The notes beneath the pieces were generated by a model, which saw nothing but the letters and a program-made list of their open reading frames with translations, was not told the DNA's origin and ran no database searches. A DNA stretch of 47,800 bases from Candidatus Woesebacteria bacterium (GTDB taxonomy: Bacteria; Patescibacteriota; Microgenomatia; UBA12405): the NCBI GenBank assembly GCA_035402805.1, contig DAONDY010000002.1:1-47800 (forward strand). The letters are read 5' to 3'. Position 1 is the stretch's first letter, and each line of letters begins with the position of its first letter. This document shows, in pieces, positions 44,881 through 47,800 of this stretch. The translations under genes and the position numbers were made by a program.

Positions 44881-44952
44881 GCGCCTATAGTTTAATGGAT
44901 AGAATAGCGGTTTGCGGAACCGTTGATCCGGGTTCGATTCCCAGTGGGCGCA
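44881..44952 (+). tRNA. tRNA-Arg (anticodon GCG), no encoded CCA
   Basis: GCGCCTA-TA-GTTT-AATGGATA-GAAT-A-GCGGT-TTGCGGA-ACCGT-TGAT-CCGGG-TTCGATT-CCCAG-TGGGCGC-A. There is one C-A mismatch in the T-stem. Confidence 0.75.
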
Positions 44953-44960
44953 CATGATTT

Positions 44961-45044
44961 GGTGGGATGCGCCGAATTGGTAAGGCAGCGACCTCGAAAG
45001 TCGCCGTCCGCAAGGACTTGGGGGTCCGAGTCCCTCTCCCACCG
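44961..45044 (+). tRNA. tRNA-Ser (anticodon CGA), no encoded CCA
   Basis: GGTGGGA acceptor, anticodon arm GCGAC-CTCGAAA-GTCGC, long variable arm GTCC-GCAA-GGAC, T-arm GGGGG-TCCGAGT-CCCTC, and 3' acceptor TCCCACC-G. Confidence 0.75.
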
Positions 45045-45050
45045 CTTAAA

Positions 45051-45725
45051 ATGAAAGCTAAAAACTGTATCAGCTGGATGATTCTAATTTTGGAAATAGT
45101 GGTTATTGTGGTGATGGTAAAAAATCTAAATCAATTAAGAGAAATTATTAGCCCGAGAGCCAATGTAATAATTGAGGAAATAAAAATTTTACCAACGGTA
45201 ATTTTAACACCAACAGCGATACCGACACCTACGGTGGCTCCAAAAAGATATAAGCCGACACCGACGGTGGATAATGAGCCATGGGGGGTATCTAAACAAA
45301 TTGATGAAGTGACTTGGACAATGAAAGTAGGACAAGATGAAAAAATGGCAACTGCTAAAGATATATACGAGGCTTTAAATGAATATCGAAAAGTTCATGG
45401 TTCTCAAATATTGATTTTGGATGAAAAATTGGCAAATTATGCCCAAGAAAGGGCAAAATACCTAAACGAAATTAAATCGGTTGATAAACATCAAGGATTC
45501 AACGATTTTCTAGAAAACGAGGACGGATTTAATAAATTAGGGTTTACAGCATTGGGAGAAAATATTAGTTATGGATATAAATTAAATGGAGTCCATATAA
45601 TTGAATGGATGTATGCCGGAGATAAACCTCACGATGATAACCAACTAGATAATAGGTGGGATCATGTGGGAATCGGTGTTGATGGATTGGCGACTTGTAT
45701 AATTTTTGGGGCAGGAAAATTTTAG
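45051..45725 (+). CDS. CAP/SCP (cysteine-rich secretory protein) domain protein with N-terminal TM and Pro/Thr linker
   Basis: The start is set at ATG 45051, just after tRNA-Ser, because the listed ORF from 44967 runs through the tRNA. The C-terminal region has ...YAQERAKYL..., GENISYGY and WDHVGIG, typical of CAP domains. The stop codon is TAG. Confidence 0.65.
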   Translation: MKAKNCISWMILILEIVVIVVMVKNLNQLREIISPRANVIIEEIKILPTVILTPTAIPTPTVAPKRYKPTPTVDNEPWGVSKQIDEVTWTMKVGQDEKMATAKDIYEALNEYRKVHGSQILILDEKLANYAQERAKYLNEIKSVDKHQGFNDFLENEDGFNKLGFTALGENISYGYKLNGVHIIEWMYAGDKPHDDNQLDNRWDHVGIGVDGLATCIIFGAGKF

Positions 45726-46045
45726 TTGGATTTCTTCTTAAAAATCGAAAGAAAATAAGAAAGATGCCAAAAGGTATGTACAAAGGCAACCAAGGCCATA
45801 ACGATTCCAAATTCGACATGAAACCAAAGTGCGGTTTTATACCACGAAATTGACCACTTCAAATCAATAAATATAGCTATAATTAATCCCAAGATTCCTG
45901 AAATTAATAAAGAAATGAGTAAAATGATATTCCAAAATCGACGATTGGAAATAAAAGATATTTTTTTAACTTTAACTAAATAATTAGAAAAAAAATAAAA
46001 ACCAAAAATTAAAAAAAATAAAATAACAAAATGATAACTATTCAT
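45722..46045 (-). CDS. small membrane protein (DUF4405-like)
   Basis: 107 aa with 3 TM segments and a C-terminal WFHVEFGIVMALVAFVHTFWH pattern. Confidence 0.45.
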   Translation of the reverse strand: MNSYHFVILFFLIFGFYFFSNYLVKVKKISFISNRRFWNIILLISLLISGILGLIIAIFIDLKWSISWYKTALWFHVEFGIVMALVAFVHTFWHLSYFLSIFKKKSN

Positions 46046-46048
46046 AAA

Positions 46049-46393
46049 TTATTCTAAAATTATTGCTTGGGATGGGCAATTGTTGATAGCAATGGCTAAT
46101 TTAGAAGAATCTAAGTTAATGGATGAAATAATAGTAGCAACCCGACCCTGCATTTCAAAATGTAAAGGATCAATTTGAACACAACGACCACAACCACGAC
46201 AACGATTACCTAAAACAGAGAGCTGTTGAAATTGATTGGTAGAATTTAATTCATCAGTAAGATTACTGTTAATTTCATTGGAATTAGTGGAATTACTAGT
46301 AACAGAAACAGAATCATTTTTAATTTGAAATAAGACGAGAGCTGATGAGGAGACCAAAACGATAGGTAAAATTATTTTTAATTTATTATTCAT
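46049..46393 (-). CDS. membrane-anchored ferredoxin-like protein
   Basis: 114 aa with an N-terminal TM. It carries CRGCGRC...CP (CxxCxxC ... C-P), as in single-cluster 4Fe-4S ferredoxins. Confidence 0.5.
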   Translation of the reverse strand: MNNKLKIILPIVLVSSSALVLFQIKNDSVSVTSNSTNSNEINSNLTDELNSTNQFQQLSVLGNRCRGCGRCVQIDPLHFEMQGRVATIISSINLDSSKLAIAINNCPSQAIILE

Positions 46394-46430
46394 AATTAAT
46401 ATGATATTAAATATATCTGAAAATAAACTT

Positions 46431-46456
46431 AAAAAAGCCCTGAATAAATCAGGGCT
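46431..46456 (-). terminator. rho-independent terminator
   Basis: AGCCCTGA (46436-46443) pairs with TCAGGGCT (46449-46456), preceded on the plus strand by A6 (a U-run on the minus strand). It lies downstream of the 46476-46922 gene. Confidence 0.6.
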
Positions 46457-46475
46457 TAATTAAAATTTTGAATAA

Positions 46476-46922
46476 TTAATTTATAGAAATAGTTTTACCA
46501 GTAATACTACCGTCTGTACCGGCTTCACCATCAACTATAATTTGACTACCGACTTGAAGTTTAGACTTGTCAGTATCCATAAGTTGTTTATAGATAGTGG
46601 AACCAGAAATCATAATTAATTTAGAGCCACCATTTTGAGTTTTAATAGTGATGGAAGAATCATCTATTTTGATAACTTCCCCACTGGCATTGTTTTGGCC
46701 AGATGGGCCACCCTTTTGAAATCCAAGATTGGTTCCGTTGGTTCTATCACCTAATTGACGAGTACCTGTTTGAAACTGTTGTCCATTGGTAGTTCTAAAA
46801 TTAGGACGTTTATTTCTTTGGACAAGGGTGCCAATTGTAAAACCAAGCCCAAGGGCAACTAAGACAAGAACGATGACAATAGACAGATTGATTTTTTTAG
46901 TTTCTTTTTTTGTTTCTGACAT
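46476..46922 (-). CDS. hypothetical secreted/membrane-anchored protein
   Basis: 148 aa with an N-terminal TM, a Gly/Asn/Gln-rich linker and a C-terminal beta-rich domain. Confidence 0.5.
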   Translation of the reverse strand: MSETKKETKKINLSIVIVLVLVALGLGFTIGTLVQRNKRPNFRTTNGQQFQTGTRQLGDRTNGTNLGFQKGGPSGQNNASGEVIKIDDSSITIKTQNGGSKLIMISGSTIYKQLMDTDKSKLQVGSQIIVDGEAGTDGSITGKTISIN

Positions 46923-46981
46923 AAATTTAATTAATTATTAATCTAGATAATGATATAAATTAATTCTGAAAAACAACTGAA

Positions 46982-47800
46982 TTACTCATAACGAAGGGCT
47001 TCAATTGGTTGAAGGCTGGCGGCTTTTCGGGAAGGATACCAGCCAAAAATAATCCCAATACCAACAGAAACAAGAAAAGCTAAAAGAACAGAAGAAATAG
47101 ATATTGTAAAAGCAGAGGAATTAATTTTGGCATAGCCATAAGAAGTGGCTACACCAATAATAATACCTAAAATTCCACCAATAAATGTTAAAATGACTGA
47201 TTCGGTTAAAAATTGAGCAATAATAGTTTTCCTTTTGGCACCAAGAGCTTTACGAAGGCCAATCTCTCGGGTTCGTTCAGTGACAGTAACTAACATAATA
47301 TTCATAATGCCAATACCACCAACAACTAAAGAAATGGCAGCAACGCCAGAAAGTAAGGCAGTAAAAGTTCCGGTGACGCTAGAAGCTGTTTCAAGCATTT
47401 CTTCGGAAGATCGAATGCGAAAATCGGCCTTGGACGGATCGGAAATTTTGTGACGAGCAAGTAAGAAATAACCAACTTGATTTTGAGCTCGAATAATAAC
47501 ATCACTATCAACAGATTCGACTGCAATTGAAGTTAGATAACTGACTCCAAAAAGTTGTTTTTGAGCAGTAGATAAGGGAACATAAATAGCTTCATCAGCA
47601 GAGCTACTACTAGAGGACGACCCTTTGGCAACAGAAATACCAATGATAGTAAAAGTTTGTCCACCAATACGAATAGTTTCGCCAATACAATTGTAATCAG
47701 AACTGCCGTAAAGATCTTCAACAGCAGTAGGGCCGAGAACAGCAACATGAGCGTTAGAGTTGTAATCACTATCGGTGATAAAACGTCCACCGCTGATTTG
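46982..47800 (-). CDS. MacB/FtsX-type ABC transporter permease (5' end beyond the right window edge)
   Basis: The listed 138-aa ORF (46982-47398) is the FtsX C-terminal domain (TERTREIGLRKALGA..., PSRKAASLQPIEALRYE). Translating the same frame upstream shows it stays open to position 47800 (QISGGRFITDSDYNSNAHVAVLGPTAVEDLYG...), which is the MacB periplasmic domain. Confidence 0.8.
   Translation of the reverse strand, partial: QISGGRFITDSDYNSNAHVAVLGPTAVEDLYGSSDYNCIGETIRIGGQTFTIIGISVAKGSSSSSSSADEAIYVPLSTAQKQLFGVSYLTSIAVESVDSDVIIRAQNQVGYFLLARHKISDPSKADFRIRSSEEMLETASSVTGTFTALLSGVAAISLVVGGIGIMNIMLVTVTERTREIGLRKALGAKRKTIIAQFLTESVILTFIGGILGIIIGVATSYGYAKINSSAFTISISSVLLAFLVSVGIGIIFGWYPSRKAASLQPIEALRYE

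Noticed and set aside
44967-45050. N-terminal extension of the CAP-domain ORF (listed from 44967).
   Set aside because: The extension runs straight through the tRNA-Ser(CGA) gene (44961-45044). The ATG at 45051, followed by a TM helix, is the sensible start.
47235-47790. ORFs 47235-47453 (+), 47326-47526 (-) and 47533-47790 (-) at the right edge.
   Set aside because: The frame of the FtsX/MacB permease (46982-47398) stays open upstream to position 47800 and translates to a plausible MacB periplasmic domain. The listed ORFs are alternative-frame artefacts.

Overview
AT-rich, densely coded bacterial window. The backbone (1-34.2 kb and 44.3-47.8 kb) looks like a streamlined Patescibacteria/CPR-type genome. 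This attribution rests on gene content and a variant 16S primer-site block, not on a database search. The backbone holds a partial 16S rRNA at the left edge, recF, glycolysis and pentose-phosphate genes (rpiB, pgk, gap, rpe, class II aldolase, split transketolase, eno, a phosphoglycerate mutase-like gene), an envelope glycosylation cluster, two tandem class-A PBPs, an ECF sigma factor, ispH, groES-groEL behind a CIRCE-like operator, an XRE regulator with membrane proteins, a patatin-like lipase and four tRNAs without encoded CCA. Backbone genes mostly lack Shine-Dalgarno sequences, and several have a -10 hexamer 5-7 nt before the ATG. The stretch from about 34.2 to 44.3 kb is a composite accessory island with no recognisable integrase or transposase. 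(i) It begins with a GT4 glycosyltransferase that has a strong SD and an in-frame TAG at codon 8, plus an 81-aa protein; this pair is bracketed by a 28-nt direct repeat. (ii) Next comes an orphan 551-aa protein with a PD-(D/E)xK-like motif, a coiled coil and a C-terminal Cys cluster. I consider this the best candidate for an undescribed defence or mobile-element function. (iii) The last ~6.5 kb is a Firmicutes/Clostridia-like block with canonical SDs: MarR-MATE, TetR and an EFR1-like ferredoxin, three truncated gene fragments, and a tRNA-Ser(GCU) with encoded CCA. This block is punctuated by two diverged copies of a ~180-240 nt structured element. Other points worth a second look are an aGPT-Pplase / DNA base hypermodification-family gene next to tRNA-Cys, an archaeal-style tRNA-Tyr (C1-G72, short variable arm), and a 650-nt non-coding spacer upstream of the 16S gene. 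All functional calls come from reading the translated ORFs and the sequence by eye. No searches were run.
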